From: Macrostomum lignano
Taxonomy: Eukaryota
NCBI GenBank assembly: GCA_002269645.1
Contig: NIVC01004121.1
Location: 1-59,493 of the forward strand
Length of the DNA stretch: 59,493 nt
Reading direction: 5' to 3'
The notes below the pieces were generated by a model, which saw only the letters and a list, made by a program, of their open reading frames with translations, did no database searches and had not been told where the DNA came from. The position numbers and the translations under genes were made by a program. Numbering within the stretch: the first letter of the stretch is position 1; each line of letters begins with the position of its first letter. This document shows, piece after piece, positions 45,325 through 59,014 of the stretch.

Positions 45325-45950
45325 AGCTGTGAAGCTTGGAGGCTGGCCCAGCAACTGAGGATCTGGGAGGCTGGCCTAGCAACTGAGGATCTGGGAGGGT
45401 GGCCCAGCAGCTGGGGATCTGGGAGGCTGGCCCAGCAACTGAGGATCTGGGGGGCTGGCCTAGCAACTGAGGATCTGGGAGGCTGGTGGCCCAGCAACTG
45501 AGGATCTGAGAGGCTGGCCCAGCAACTGAGGATCTGAGAGGCTGGCCCAGCAACTGAGGATCGGGGAGGCTAGTGGCCCAGCAACTGAGGATCCGGGAGG
45601 CTGGTGGCCCAGCAACTGAGGATCTGAGAGGCTGGCCCAGCAACTGAGGATCTGGGGGCTGGCCTAGCAACTGAGGATCTGGGGGGCTGGCCTAGCAACT
45701 GAGGATCTGGGAGGCTGGTGGCACAGCAACTGAGGATCTGGAAGGCTGGTGGCACAGCAACTGAGGATCTGAGAGGCTGGCCCAGCAACTGAGGATCTGG
45801 GGGGCTGGCCTAGCAACTGAGGATCTGGGGGGCTGGCCTAGCAACTGAGGATCTGGGAGGCTGGTGGCACAGCAACTGAGGATCTGGAAGGCTGGTGGCA
45901 CAGCAACTGATGATCTGGAAGGCTGGCCCAGCAACTGAGAATCTGGGAAA
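45325..45950 (-). repeat. 28-31 bp minisatellite, reverse complement of the 28590-29005 family
   Basis: GGAGGCTGGCCCAGCAACTGAGGATCTG units. Confidence 0.95.
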
Positions 45951-46467
45951 GTGGCTAGTGCAGCAAAATGTGCTTCAAAATAAATATAACAAAATTGATA
46001 TAGCCGTAAGATGTTACGAGTATTAACCTTTATTTAGCCAATCTGTCCACAGAATGACGAGTGCCAAGTGTGTCATACACAACGCTTCAACTGTATATAT
46101 TATCAATAATCAGATTAGAAGCCAGCGAACACAAATATGAGCATATTTGAGCATAGTTAAATTTATTATAAGGTCAACTATTTTTTACCTTAAGCAACAT
46201 ACAATATACAAGCAAGCAAGTTATTATAATATTCAACACTTAGTATTGATTAGATTATTAGTAATAAAGTGACCAAATTTCAGCAACAAAACATCAAGAA
46301 CATACTACTACAAGTAACAAGTTAAGAAACGCCTAGAGCTGCAAAATTTCACAGAAAACATATAATACATACCAGACGATAAGATTGAGAGTCTAATGTT
46401 ATACAATATTTCTTTACACTTGAGAAGGCATACAAGTAAGCGTTGTACAGTATCATCTATTTTAAAG

Positions 46468-46810
46468 CTGGATTAGCAATCCACGCTATTATTATAATTC
46501 CTATAGGCTAGATTAGCAATCCACGCTATTATTATAGTTCCTATAGGCTGGATTAGCTATCCACGCTATTATTATAATTCCTATAGGCTAGATTAGCAAT
46601 CCACGCTATTATTATAATTCCTATAGGCTAGATTAGCAATCCACGCTATTATTATAGTTCCTATAGGCTAGATTAGCAATCCACGCTATTATTATAGTTC
46701 CTATAGGCTAGATTAGCAATCCACGCCATTATTATAATGCCTATAGGCTAGATTAGCAATCCACCCTATTAGTATAGTGCATTTAAGCTAGATTAGCAAT
46801 CCATTATACT
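46468..46810. repeat. 40-bp minisatellite (GATTAGCAATCCACGCTATTATTATAATTCCTATAGGCTA)
   Basis: About 8-9 copies, downstream of SNRNP27. Confidence 0.95.
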
Positions 46811-46990
46811 ATTGCAGCCCCTATAAACTACATTAGCCATCTTTAAACAAAAATTTACATATCTGTTAGCAATAAAACGCGAAATATTACTACAATAAAA
46901 ACTTACAAAAACATCGCCAGAAATAATCGCGCTACTTACTAACAGTAGTATCAGTAGTTTAGTAGGTATAGTTAAATTCAGTGAGTTGGT

Positions 46991-49900
46991 TCAGTTCACC
47001 GGATCCAGAGGCCGGTTGAAGCCACCACGCCTGTTCATATACTGCCTGTACTTTCTCTTCTTAGCAATATGGGCCACGTAGATGTCGTTATTATCAACTT
47101 TTTTACCTTTAGTAGTGCCAAATCCGCAGAATCCCATGAGCTGCATCATGCCGATCTCTTCCTCTGTCCGGCCGGTGATGTCCTCCTCGCGCATTGGCCG
47201 CGGCTCCGGCTGGGCGAACACGGGCCCGGCTGGGGCAGAGCCGCCAAAGAGGCTGCCGCTACCGCCGCCTCCAGATGAAGATGCAGCGACTGCAGCTTGC
47301 TGATGCCTGTCACGTTCGCGTTCACGGTCACGTTCGCGTTCGCGTTCCCGCTCACGGTCGCGTTCACGGTCACGGTCGCGCGTCCGATCGCGATCGCGTT
47401 CACGGTCACGATCACGATGCCTATCACGGTCACGATCGCGTTTACGGTCTCTGTCGCGGTCGCGTTCACGGCTACGACTGCGTGAACGCCTGCTGCCGCG
47501 GTCTGACAAAACAATTATAGGGATTGAATTGGAATTTTTTATGAAAGTCTCACTCTTACTTTTAATTACTCCCTTTTTATTTGCAATTGTAATTTACATT
47601 TTGCAATTTAAAAACGAAAATTCCTAACATTTTAACAAATATGCCCTTTAGAATGCTACTTATTTAAACAAAAAGTTATACATTATATGTAGGCACTACT
47701 TTTTGATAAATAACTTTGAATTTCCAATTCTTCTAAGTAGCATTTTTATGAAAACCTGACTAGTTATAGATCCAGAAAATTTTGAATAGTGGTGCAGACA
47801 ACTAAAGTGCATGCTTATGTATATCATTTATATGTACATGATAATGGGTATTTCCCCCCATTTTTTGAAATGTTCCTATGCCTATAGTGTCCTCAAGCAA
47901 GATGCTTTACTCTAAATTGCTTTCGTTCACCTAGCGGGTGCTAGCATTAGCTGGGGTAATTGAAGGGTATCTGTTTCAGTAAAACAGCCAGCTATTAGCA
48001 GTTTTTAGATTTATCAAACAATAGTTAGGTCTCTAGTTGAGCTGCTAGTTGTATATTTGCCTATAAAGGCAAATGTAATCCATAAGTGTGTCCCAAAAGT
48101 TCCCAGAATGTTTGCTCTAGCTTCCTCAGTACCTTGACCAATTTTTGTCTTACGTGTCAAACAAAAGATTATTTTTTAACAAAAAAATTGTCATTTGAAT
48201 TTTCTTCTATCTGGTTTTGGTCAAGAGTTACACCAGGAAATGCAAATGAAGGTCAGCACTAGTGTTGTACAACCTCGAATGCCTATGGTGGTCCTTTTTC
48301 TATTATCAATTGTTTTGCAAAAGTGAACTTTGAATTTGTCAGAAAGATGTGGAAATGTCTATGGATCAAACCAGTGAAATTGCTGATCAGATCTGGTGTA
48401 GTACCAGCACTTGCTTACTCCATACCAAGTGCTTGCTTTTGGCTAAAGGTTTAAATTTAAAAAGCAAGCACTTGGTATGGAATAAGCAAAGTGCTGGCAC
48501 CACCAGATCTGATCAGCAATTTCACTAGTTTGATCCATAGACATTTCCACATCTTTCTGACAAATTCAAAGTTCACTTTTGCAAAAAATTGATAATGGAA
48601 AAAGGACACCATAGACATTTGAGGTTGTAGTATAATATTAGTACTCACCTTTCTTCACATTTTCTAGTGTAACTCTTAACCAAAACCAGATAGAAAGGAA
48701 ATTCAAATGACAACTTTTTGTTGACACATTATCTTTAATTTGACATATAAAACATAAAAATGGTCAATGTACTGAGGAGCTAGAGCAAAGATTCTGGAAC
48801 TTTTGGGATACCCTTTATATTATTATTGTCAAAGGCCTCCTTTTATTCTTAATTTGTATACAAAAATTAAACTTTCTATGCCATTTTAAAATCTACATTT
48901 CTAAGAAAACAATTTGCTTTAATATTTACATTTTTCAAAATATTTTTGTAATTTTTTTTGTTTTCTATGAACTGAAATTTTAATATCAATAGATGCATTT
49001 TGGAGTGAGAGATATATAGTTCAGCTTGGGTTAGGCCTAGCTTAGAAAACATAGGGGCCTAATAGTAGGCAATCCAAAAGAGCATATTGCCAAAAGCATT
49101 CTATACCATAACATATATTCAATTAGGCTTAGGCTATTCTATTAAACCTGACATAAATTTTAATACTTCATTTTTCTAATTAAAAGTTCTTAAGCCAAGG
49201 TCAAGACGTGGCTTTATTTTTGTTTTTAATTATTTCATGTTGCAACTATTATCTTTTTCTTTTAGGCCTCTATAAAAGATGAAAATCAATAATAAGATAA
49301 ATTTTCAACTATAGCAAAAATGTTCTCAATATTAGAATAAAAAATTTCTACTTTACTAAATAAAAATTGAAATAAAAATTGATGGAAATCAACCTTTAGA
49401 AACAATAATATATGACAAATACTTGGGGTAAGGGGGCCTACTTATTAACTTTTTTACTTTTTCTAGTTTTCACTTTAAGCTCTTGTTTCAATTGAATGCT
49501 TAAACAAAAAATACATTCATTTAGCATTGATCAAGGTTTTATAAAGTACCTTAACCAAAGTCTGGCATATATCATACATGTAGGGCCTATATGGCAATGT
49601 CTTAGTTTCCTGTATTAAATTATTTTGACCCGATTTTTGTCATTTTTAATGCAATTGCAAATCATGGCTGGATGACCTTAAGCACCTGCAAATATTGTAC
49701 TTCCTGCTAATTTTAGCCATCAACTGACCTCTATGACCTTGAGATTAGTCACTGCAATCTGGTACTGTTGATGGTTGATACAAAGGTTAGACCAGTGACG
49801 ACCTTTTTGAATCCTACTTCAATGAGTTTCTCTGGTGTTGACTCTACCCAAAAAAGCTTTGGCAACTTTCTGTATTGGCTAACACATTACTACACCATGT

Positions 49901-50367
49901 AATACTCCTTTAAGACCTACTCATTTTAAACTAAAATAATTTAATGCGGGAAACTAGGACATTGCCAGCCTATATTATTAGGAATATATGGGGCAAAAAA
50001 ATTATTTTAGTCTTAGCAAATTCATTAAGTTTTCATTTGTTTCATTAAATTGCAAAAGAATTAGTCATTGTGAAGTAAATCTCAGAGTAGAGTGCATAAC
50101 ATATAGGATGATATTAGGCCAATAAGGCCTAATTAGAGTCTTACCATTTAGTTTTACTAAAGTCAAAGAGATCTTATAAATATTAATGGCCTAATAATAC
50201 TTACTGTTAGGCCCTATACTTTTCGCTATAGAATACAGATAATATTATGAAGTTTAGCCATACTGCTCATAGTACTCTAAGGTAAATACTAGCACTAAGA
50301 TTAAGAAGAAATAACTTAATGGCATGATAAATTAATGCATACCTCGAGCTGGCGAATGGCGAGGCAT
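46991..50367 (-). CDS. SNRNP27: U4/U6.U5 tri-snRNP 27 kDa protein, about 178 aa
   Basis: Main exon 47502-46991: RS/RD-rich N-terminus then [25 protein letters not shown]...[20 protein letters not shown]. The ORF-track TTG start lies in an acceptor. A phase-1-compatible first exon MPRHSPAR-G|gtatgc at 50367-50343 is inferred. Confidence 0.93.
47886..47965 (+). mobile_element. SINE-like remnant in the SNRNP27 intron
   Basis: GTGTCCTCAAGCAAGATGCTTTACTCT..ATTGCT resembles tRNA-SINE central domains; homologous to 15258-15314. Confidence 0.45.
48085..48815. mobile_element. Fold-back MITE, Tc1/mariner-type termini, about 350-bp arms
   Basis: 48090-48440 is the reverse complement of 48465-48812 (e.g. 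TTTTGCAAAAGTGAACTTTGAATTTGTCAGAAAGATGTGGAAATGTCTATGGATCAAA). Ends resemble TA-CAGGGTGTCCCAAAAG and are flanked by TA. Confidence 0.85.
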
Positions 50368-50979
50368 TATAGTAGACTTGACTTGCTTTTTCTGGTAGGG
50401 CGCAGGCCTACTTAAAATTTATTTCCAGTTTTCAAGCTTATGTCGAAAATATTATTCAAAATAAAAACGTGCGTGTGTCAATACTGTTGGACGATAACTG
50501 CCGCCTCTTGGCACTGACTGGAAATGCCACGGCACATTATTGCGTAATCTAAGAAAAGTCCACGTGTATAACATTTACCGACCGATATTCCGATCGATAT
50601 TCCTATCGATATTCCGACCGATATTTTAGTGTACTAAAACAAAGTTTACAGCAACTAGATTTTCCATTTTTTTGCTAAAAATTACTATTACAAACAAATT
50701 AGTTTTGTTTTTTATTATTTCGTATTCATAAAAAACAATTATTTCAGAACACATTTACGTATCATAAAATGCAGCTTATCGTTGATGAGGACTTTAATTT
50801 CAACACTAATATACCATAAAAAAACATTTTTCAATGACTCCACCTTCAAATTAACTGCTGAAGTCTAGAAGAGTGCATGAAAAATATAAAGCTTTAACAG
50901 TTCTTGTTAAACATAAAACGCAACATAATAAAATGTTTTAACAGTACGAGATATTAGCTGCAAGAAGGCCGAATTCAAC

Positions 50980-53790
50980 TACTGTCGGGACGAAGCATTA
51001 ACTGTCGGGACAAAGCATAAACTGTCGGGACGAAGCATTAACTGTCGGGATATGGCCGAATTTAACTGTCGGGATGAAGCATTAACTGTCGGGACAAAGC
51101 ATTAACTGTCGGGACGAAGCATTAACTGTCGGGATATGGCCGAATTTAACTGTCGGGATGAAGCATTAACTGTCGGGACAAAGCATTAACTGTCGGGACG
51201 AAGCATTAACTGTCGGGATATGGCCGAATTTAACTGTCGGGATGAAGCATTAACTGTCGGGACAAAGCATTAACTGTCGGGACGAAGCATTAACTGTCGG
51301 GATATGGCCGTATTTAACTGTCGGGATGAAGCATTAACTGTCGGGACAAAGCATTAACTGTCGGGACGAAGCATTAACTGTCGGGATATGGCCGAATTTA
51401 ACTGTCAGGACGAAGCATTAACTGTCGGGACGAATCATTAACTGTCGGGATATGGCCGAATATAACTGTCGGGACAAAGCATTAACTGTCGGGATATGGC
51501 CGAATTTTACTGTCGGGACGAAGCATTAACTGTCGGGACAAAGCATAAACTGTCGGGACGAAGCATTAACTGTCGGGACGAAGCATTAACTGTCGGGACG
51601 AAGCATTAACTGTCGGGACAAAGCATTAACTGTCGGGACGAAGCATTAACTGTAGGGATATGGCCGAATTTAACTGTCGGGACGAAGCATTAACTGTCGG
51701 GACGAAGCATTAACTGTCGGGATATGGCCGAATTTTACTGTCGGGACGAAGCATTAACTGTCGGGATATGGCCGAATTTAACTGTCGGGACGAAGCATTA
51801 ACTGTCGGGACAAAGCATAAACTGTCGGGACGAAGCATTAACTGTCGGGATATGGCCGAATTTAACTGTCGGGATGAAGCATTAACTGTCGGGACAAAGC
51901 ATTAACTGTCGGGACGAAGCATTAACTGTCGGGACGAAGCATTAACTGTCGGGACGAAGCATTAACTGTCGGGACAAAGCATTAACTGTCGGGACGAAGC
52001 ATTAACTGTAGGGATATGGCCGAATTTAACTGTCGGGACGAAGCATTAACTGTCGGGACGAAGCATTAACTGTCGGGATATGGCCGAATTTAACTGTCGG
52101 GACGAAGCATTAACTGTCGGGATATGGCCGAATTTAACTGTCGGGATCAAGCATTAACTGTCGGGACAAAGCATTAACTGTCGGGATATGGCCGAATTTA
52201 ACTGTCAGGACGAAGCATAAACTGTCGGACGAAGCATTAACTGTCGGATATGGCCGAATTTTACTGTCGGGACGAAGCATTAACTGTCGGGACAAAGCAT
52301 AAACTGTCGGGACGAAGCATTAACTGTCGGGACGAAGCATTAACTGTCGGGACGAAGCATTAACTGTAGGGATATGGCCGAATTTAACTGTCGGGACGAA
52401 GCATTAACTGTAGGGATATGGCCGAATTTAACTGTCGGGACGAAGCATTAACTGTCGGGACGAAGCATTAACTGTCGGGATATGGCCGAATTTAACTGTC
52501 GGGACGAAGCATTAACTGTCGGGATATGGCCGAATTTAACTGTCGGGATCAAGCATTAACTGTCGGGACAAAGCATTAACTGTCGGGATATGGCCGAATT
52601 TAACTGTCAGGACGAAGCATAAACTGTCGGGACGAAGCATTAACTGTCGGGATATGGCCGAATTTTACTGTCGGGACGAAGCATTAACTGTCGGGACAAA
52701 GCATAAACTGTCGGGACGAAGCATTAACTGTCGGGACGAAGCATTAACTGTCGGGACGAAGCATTAACTGTCGGGACAAAGCATTAACTGTCGGGACGAA
52801 GCATTAACTGTAGGGATATGGCCGAATTTAACTGTCGGGACGAAGCATTAACTGTCGGGACGAAGCATTAACTGTCGGGATATGGCCGAATTTTACTGTC
52901 GGGACGAAGCATTAACTGTCGGGATATGGCCGAATTTAACTGTCGGGACGAAGCATTAACTGTCGGGACAAAGCATAAACTGTCGGGACGAAGCATTAAC
53001 TGTCGGGATATGGCCGAATTTAACTGTCGGGATGAAGCATTAACTGTCGGGACAAAGCATTAACTGTCGGGACGAAGCATTAACTGTCGGGACGAAGCAT
53101 TAACTGTCGGGACGAAGCATTAACTGTCGGGACGAAGCATTAACTGTAGGGATATGGCCGAATTTAACTGTCGGGACGAAGCATTAACTGTCGGGACGAA
53201 GCATTAACTGTCGGGATATGGCCGAATTTAACTGTCGGGACGAAGCATTAACTGTCGGGATATGGCCGAATTTAACTGTCGGGATCAAGCATTAACTGTC
53301 GGGACAAAGCATTAACTGTCGGGACGAAGCATTAACTGTCGGGACAAAGCATTAACTGTCGGGACGAAGCATTAACTGTAGGAATATGGCCGAATTTAAC
53401 TGTCGGGACGAAGCATTAACTGTCGGGACGAAGCATTAATTGTCGGGATATGGCCGAATTTAACTGTCAGGACGAAGCATAAACTGTCGGGACGAAGCAT
53501 TAACTGTCGGGATATGGCCGAATTTTACTGTCGGGACGAAGCATTAACTGTCGGGACGAAGCATTAACTGTCGGGATATGGCCGAATTTAACTGTCGGGA
53601 CGAAGCATTAACTGTCGGGACAAAGCATTAATTGTCGGGATATGGCCGAATTTAACTGTCAGGACGAAGCATTAACTGTCGGCACGAAGCAATGACTGTC
53701 GGGATATGGCCGAATATAACTGTCGGGAAAAAGCATTAACTGTCGGGATATGGCCAAATTTTACTGTCGGGACGAAGCATTAACTGTCGG
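50980..53790. repeat. 2.8-kb satellite of two interleaved units: 20-bp GACGAAGCATTAACTGTCGG and 24-bp GATATGGCCGAATTTAACTGTCGG
   Basis: Direct; common core TAACTGTCGGGA. Confidence 0.97.
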
Positions 53791-56700
53791 GACGAAGCAT
53801 GGGTGACCCCTTATCTGTCAACTGGTTCAGTAGCTGAATTAGGCGCACACTTTTGCTCATTTTGTTTAGTAGTGCTGTTGCTGAGGCAGAAGTCATTCAA
53901 TAATACTGCTAGTAGTCTGAAACTCTAATTCAATGTGAAGTGTGAAGTGATTTAAGAAGGTTAAATCTAACAGTTATTTTAATCGGTTTTATTTCTTTGT
54001 TTGCCGATGGCTCAGATGAGTAGCTAAGCTAGTAGGCGCCGGTCACAGTGGACAAATGGCAAGGCAGTTCTCAGTCTATCTATCAAATCAGTGAGCAAAA
54101 CTGCCAGAAGTGCAGAATCGGCGCCAGAGATGTACTCTGTGCACTTTAGGTTCGCCAAGCGGCTCGGGTAATGAATCATGCGAGGTCTCTGAAGTTCGAG
54201 TTAGCCTATTATCAGCGCTAGGAGAGGCTAGTTGGCGCGTTGAAGGCCAAAAGTACACATCTTCGTATTTAGCAATGTAATAGTACATGTAGCTACCCCA
54301 TAGACTCGCCACTGCAAGAATCCGCTGCTCAAGTCCCCTCTGTACCTGCATGGCCAATGCGATCCAGTCCCAGCAGTGTCCCTTATCATCGGCTATGACT
54401 TCGAGATTGACAACAAAAAGACACTAGGGAAGGTAAGTGCAAAGCCCCTTCTAGTCGGAAGCCCGATTTCGAGAGCCCCGGTGTGGTGAGCCAGGGCGTA
54501 CGGGATGGTGGCAGCGAGTTAGCTAATCTGCGGATTAAGTGATTTATACCTTCAAATTCTCCCTGCTCGTCCCTCGCTGTCCCTCTCTTAGCTATAGGAC
54601 CTAGACTGCTCGCCACACGATCAAGCTACCATGGGGCTGACCATCTGACAGGAGTGGGGGGGGGCCAGGTCTCTAAGTGATTTATTTCTGAGCCTGAGGC
54701 CCGAAGGCTTCCCTAACAAGGAGCCCGAAGGTCGAAACCCATCACTACAACCCTCTTGACCATAGATAGACAATACTCTATTTGTCGTTACTGTCTCAAT
54801 CAAATAAAGCCGAGGCTAGCCGAGCCGAGCCGAGAGTTACAACCTTTCTAATCTCGTTTCCACTATAATAATTCTTATTTGAGCCAGCGCGTGGGAATGA
54901 AGGCAGTCGTGCAGGAATGTATAATTCTTGAACGCTTACGAGTGCGTCAATGGGAAAAGCACAAGTGTGCGGAGACAGGCCAGAGACAGACTAGAGAAAC
55001 ACCAGAGACAGACCAGTGCACTTGTGCTTTGGCCATAGACGCACGAGTAAGCGTTCATGAATTTCATTCTTATTAGAGTTTTTCTCCCCTTCACTGAATT
55101 AATTTTATATGTCGGCGTGAAATAAAAAATCACAAAAATCGATTTATTTTTAACCCCTCTCTCTTTCCTACCTCCACACTCTGTATACATTCTCTCTCCT
55201 CCCCATACATTTGCGTACAATTTTAAATAAATTGTTTGCGTGCAGGAACGGAGAGTGTCATTCCTGCACGATGTCCATGTGTAAAACAGTGGAGATTTGG
55301 CCATAGATCATTTCAAGATTATTTCATTCCACTGCGTTCTAATTCACTCGCTACAAATTCCGAGTTACAAATAAACCTGTCTAAAGTTTGATGTCTATAT
55401 TCTTATGACTGGCAGCGTCTGTAAGCGCTGAACTTGCCTGTAGTTAGCTTTGCTTTTGGTAAATTCTTGTGTGTGAAAAAATGATGTTTTAATTATTTTT
55501 GCGTTGGTGATCCATTATTCGTTGCAAATAAAACGAACGGAAACTGAGAGAAAGTCGATTTTTTTAAAGGAAAGACAGGGCAGGACTTGCCCGAAAAAAT
55601 CTAACGATGCATGTTTAATAATTTACTTAATAGCAAAAATATTGCAATAAAAAAATGCTTGTCCATAATTGTAGCAAGTGTAGCAATTGTAGCAAATTGT
55701 AGCAAAAAAACAAGAAAGTTCAAATGCAAAATAAATATTTGGATACATAGAGAAAAAACATGGTTTGGAAGCGCTTAACTCCTTAAGTGCAGAATAAAAA
55801 ACTGTAGAAATTGTACGCTAGAGAAAAAATTGCTTTACGTGTTGGTGTTGTTGTACTACAATAGAAAGCCCTTTAGGCCCAAATAACTAAATTATGAAAT
55901 ATTAATTAGCTGCTTAAAATGCACAAACAACACATTTTTAATTGCCACGTATGTCAATCGGTAAAAACTTCGAAATTTATTTCGAGTTCAAATTTACAGC
56001 TTACGTTGAAAACAAAATTTCAATTAAACAACGGAAAAATATAGCATGATAAAGTCTGTGAAGAAAGCGTTACTAGCTACCATGGTATTTACCGACTTTA
56101 AAGATTGTTTATTCTATAGCCAAGAGCGGGCACTAGTGAATTCAGGAACGGCTCTTGACCACAAAGTCTTGCTTACATAATAAACGTCTACGTCTGTATG
56201 GTCACAAATGGGCGCATACCATACGCAGATATTGCAGTCATGTCTAGTAATGATATGTGCTATCACATTTTGTCTTTAGTTGCACTGCTTCAGTATGATT
56301 GTTTAAACTCTATGGTACACTAGTACCAGTATGGATACAGCTATTATCTTGCCATAAATGCACTGTAGGCTTTCATCATAGTTAAAAAATAAGGCTGTGT
56401 CAAAAATAAAAAAACGAAGCACGTGACTTACAAAGGTAAAGCAGGTACGAACCATAACGAATCAGGTAAAGGATGCCATCGGCAGTGGGTAATATTCCGA
56501 CAACAGTGCCCGTAATCAAATTGATCACCCAATTTAGGGCCGAATTGATATCGAATTTACCACCAGCAGATACTTTTCTAGAGGATAAAAATGAGTCTCC
56601 GAATCTGGTATTCTGCTTGTATACATGCTAATTAGGAACGTGCTAATAAAACCGTCACCAGATCTGCAATCCTAGGAGGATGGGGGTTGAATACCGAATT

Positions 56701-56878
56701 GCAAACGTCTTGGCGGAGGATACTTAATGCAAAAAATGCTGCCCGAAAGAAACATAAAAAAGCATTTGTCGTTCTGATATCCACATAAATTAAAGTTAAA
56801 TGAATCACATAACCATTATTATCGATAGACTCTTTCATTTTGGATACACCTCGTAACAAAGTTGCACAAAAGTGCAAG

Positions 56879-58343
56879 TCAAATCCTGTCACAGAAGACA
56901 CAAGTTGAAATGCATGATTGTCGAATGCACGCTTCGTGGAACCAGATGAAACATTTTTCGCACTGTATCTGAAAGGAGAAGGAAAAATCTAAATTGGAGT
57001 TTACTGCCAAGACACTGCTCAGCAATACCTTTATGAAATCTCTTTTTGATACATTTCCGAAATTTACGACATCGTAATAACGCTTCGTACTCGTACGCAT
57101 AAGGTATAATCTTCGCTAAAACTTACAAACCAATGCATACTACTCACCCAATTATCGTAGGCACCATCATGTGAAGCCGCCTCTTTCTCTCCACACATCC
57201 AGCATAAATTTTCTTGGTCAACCGCCCTGAGGAGCAAAGTTTTCCACAATTCCAAACGGCTCAGAGCCATCTCTCTTGGTGCCGAATTGATATTTAGTGA
57301 GCTATCGGATAGTAGCAAATCAGCGAATTTACACACTAGCACTCCGCAGCTATTCCCGTCCTGCTGAATCGAGTGCTTTATAGTAATAGGCTGCATTTCA
57401 TGCCAGCCAAAGCAGTGTCGAACGGAGCTGAGGGCAGAATAAAACACGAGCAGTAATAGAACAACAAACATAATGGAATGCGTTAGTTTCCTGTCTAATC
57501 AGCAATCAGTTTAGTAAAAAATAGAGTACTAATATAAGTAATTAGTACTCGTGATAAGAGGTGACTGTTGGGTCGCGCAGGTCGTTTGGTATTGATAAAA
57601 TATATTAAATAGACATTCGGCGCCAGTGATCCGCCCTAGATACGAGTATCTTAGGCAATCTGGCAATTCAACCAGTGTCGCGAATAGTAGCTAAAAAGGT
57701 AAGATCCTTGACACAATATCATGAGGCAAGGTCATGAGCGTCATGACTCGGGTACTTGATCGCGACTGACTGGCGGTCATTGTGGTGGACTGGCCAACCC
57801 TAAAATTGCCTACAATTTTTCTTAAGCGTCATAGTTTCGTACAGGCAGTACAAACCAGTGTTCTGTGCTGGGTGGGTGTGGGTCGAGATGGGTGTACTCG
57901 TATGCATGCTTACCTGCTTGCTCCCCCCTGTAGAGCTTTATTAAAACTGGTCGTGTGCCTGGCGCTTCACTGGTGCTCATTTTTCCAATTTTTAACCCCG
58001 CATCCATTTTTTGCTAATTTTTTTACCAAAGAACTTCTGTGTTGACGTCTTGATGAATAATTAAATAAATTACCGATAATTAACGATTAACGATAAATTA
58101 CCGACAATCAACAAAAGATGGGAGTGAGACACAAACGACAGTTTAGAATACTTTCAAATACTTGCATTGAGACAATTTAAATACTTTGAGCACCAACTTA
58201 CTTTAAGTTAGCACATATTGAAATGTTAAGTTGCTCGGATGACAAAAGAGGATCCAAACTGCTACATTGTGCCGCTCCAGGTCCACGAACAAAAGCATAA
58301 AGTGTTGGTTGCGATATATTGTACCAATTATCGCTTTCTTTGC
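56879..58343 (-). CDS. Ulp1/C48-type cysteine protease domain + PHD finger, partial and probably transposon-borne; needs +1 nt near 58257
   Basis: Exons 58343-58202, 57427-57148 and 56968-56879 give QHFMLLFVDLERHNVAV(L)DPL (His/Asp), QQDGNSCGVLVCKFA (Gln/Cys) and CWMC...W|IQCEKCFIWFHEAC...CVFC (PHD). 5' exons unresolved. Confidence 0.75.
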
Positions 58344-59014
58344 CTAAAACATGGGAAAGTCAATAGTTTCAATATTTAGTCAATAAGACACGATGCCATA
58401 ATCGATAAATACGGTAATGTCTGCACATCAATCATAATGCTAACATTGTGCAGCTTATCGATCAATTCAGCTGTGAATTGATCTTCCACTCCACGAAAGA
58501 GTATGTCGACTTCATAGTGCAGTAGAAAAAGCCGCACCGTCATGCTGAGAAGCCACGGCAGCAAGAAGTGCATTAATAATCTGTGGGAAGGATGCATGGA
58601 TTACATGGTAGCGTACTGTTTCAGAAGAGACATATAGAAAAGAAACACAAGGATCAGCATTCGATGAGTCTTTATGCAACGCGTTTCGAACCATTATCAA
58701 TCAAGTTAAATAGAAAACTGCAATAAGACTCAGTGGAAAGGCATTGTACGCAAAAACCGGACTGGATTGATCTGATGCGCACCATGCCTTTCCACCCTAA
58801 CTTGTGCACCCAGTTTTGTATAACGAGTACTAAACTTTGACTCCTTCGTCAACTGTAATAATTTTCTTTTCCCTTGTCAACTGTTTTTTAACAAGTTCTT
58901 TTCTTCTGTTTTCAATTAATAAATAATTGAGACCTGACGATGTCCATAGTGTATGAAATGCATCGACTATAGAATCTCTTTGCAGAAGTGACAAGTCAGG
59001 TAGAAAAATCTGCT

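Noticed and set aside
50980-53790. CRISPR-like appearance (constant core with intervening segments)
   Set aside because: Only two recurring linker types, no unique spacers, no cas genes, eukaryotic context.
53930-54841. Possible solo LTR (AATAAA at 54803, ends ...GAGTTACA)
   Set aside because: No matching TG start with a 4-6 bp target duplication, and no PBS, PPT or second copy found.
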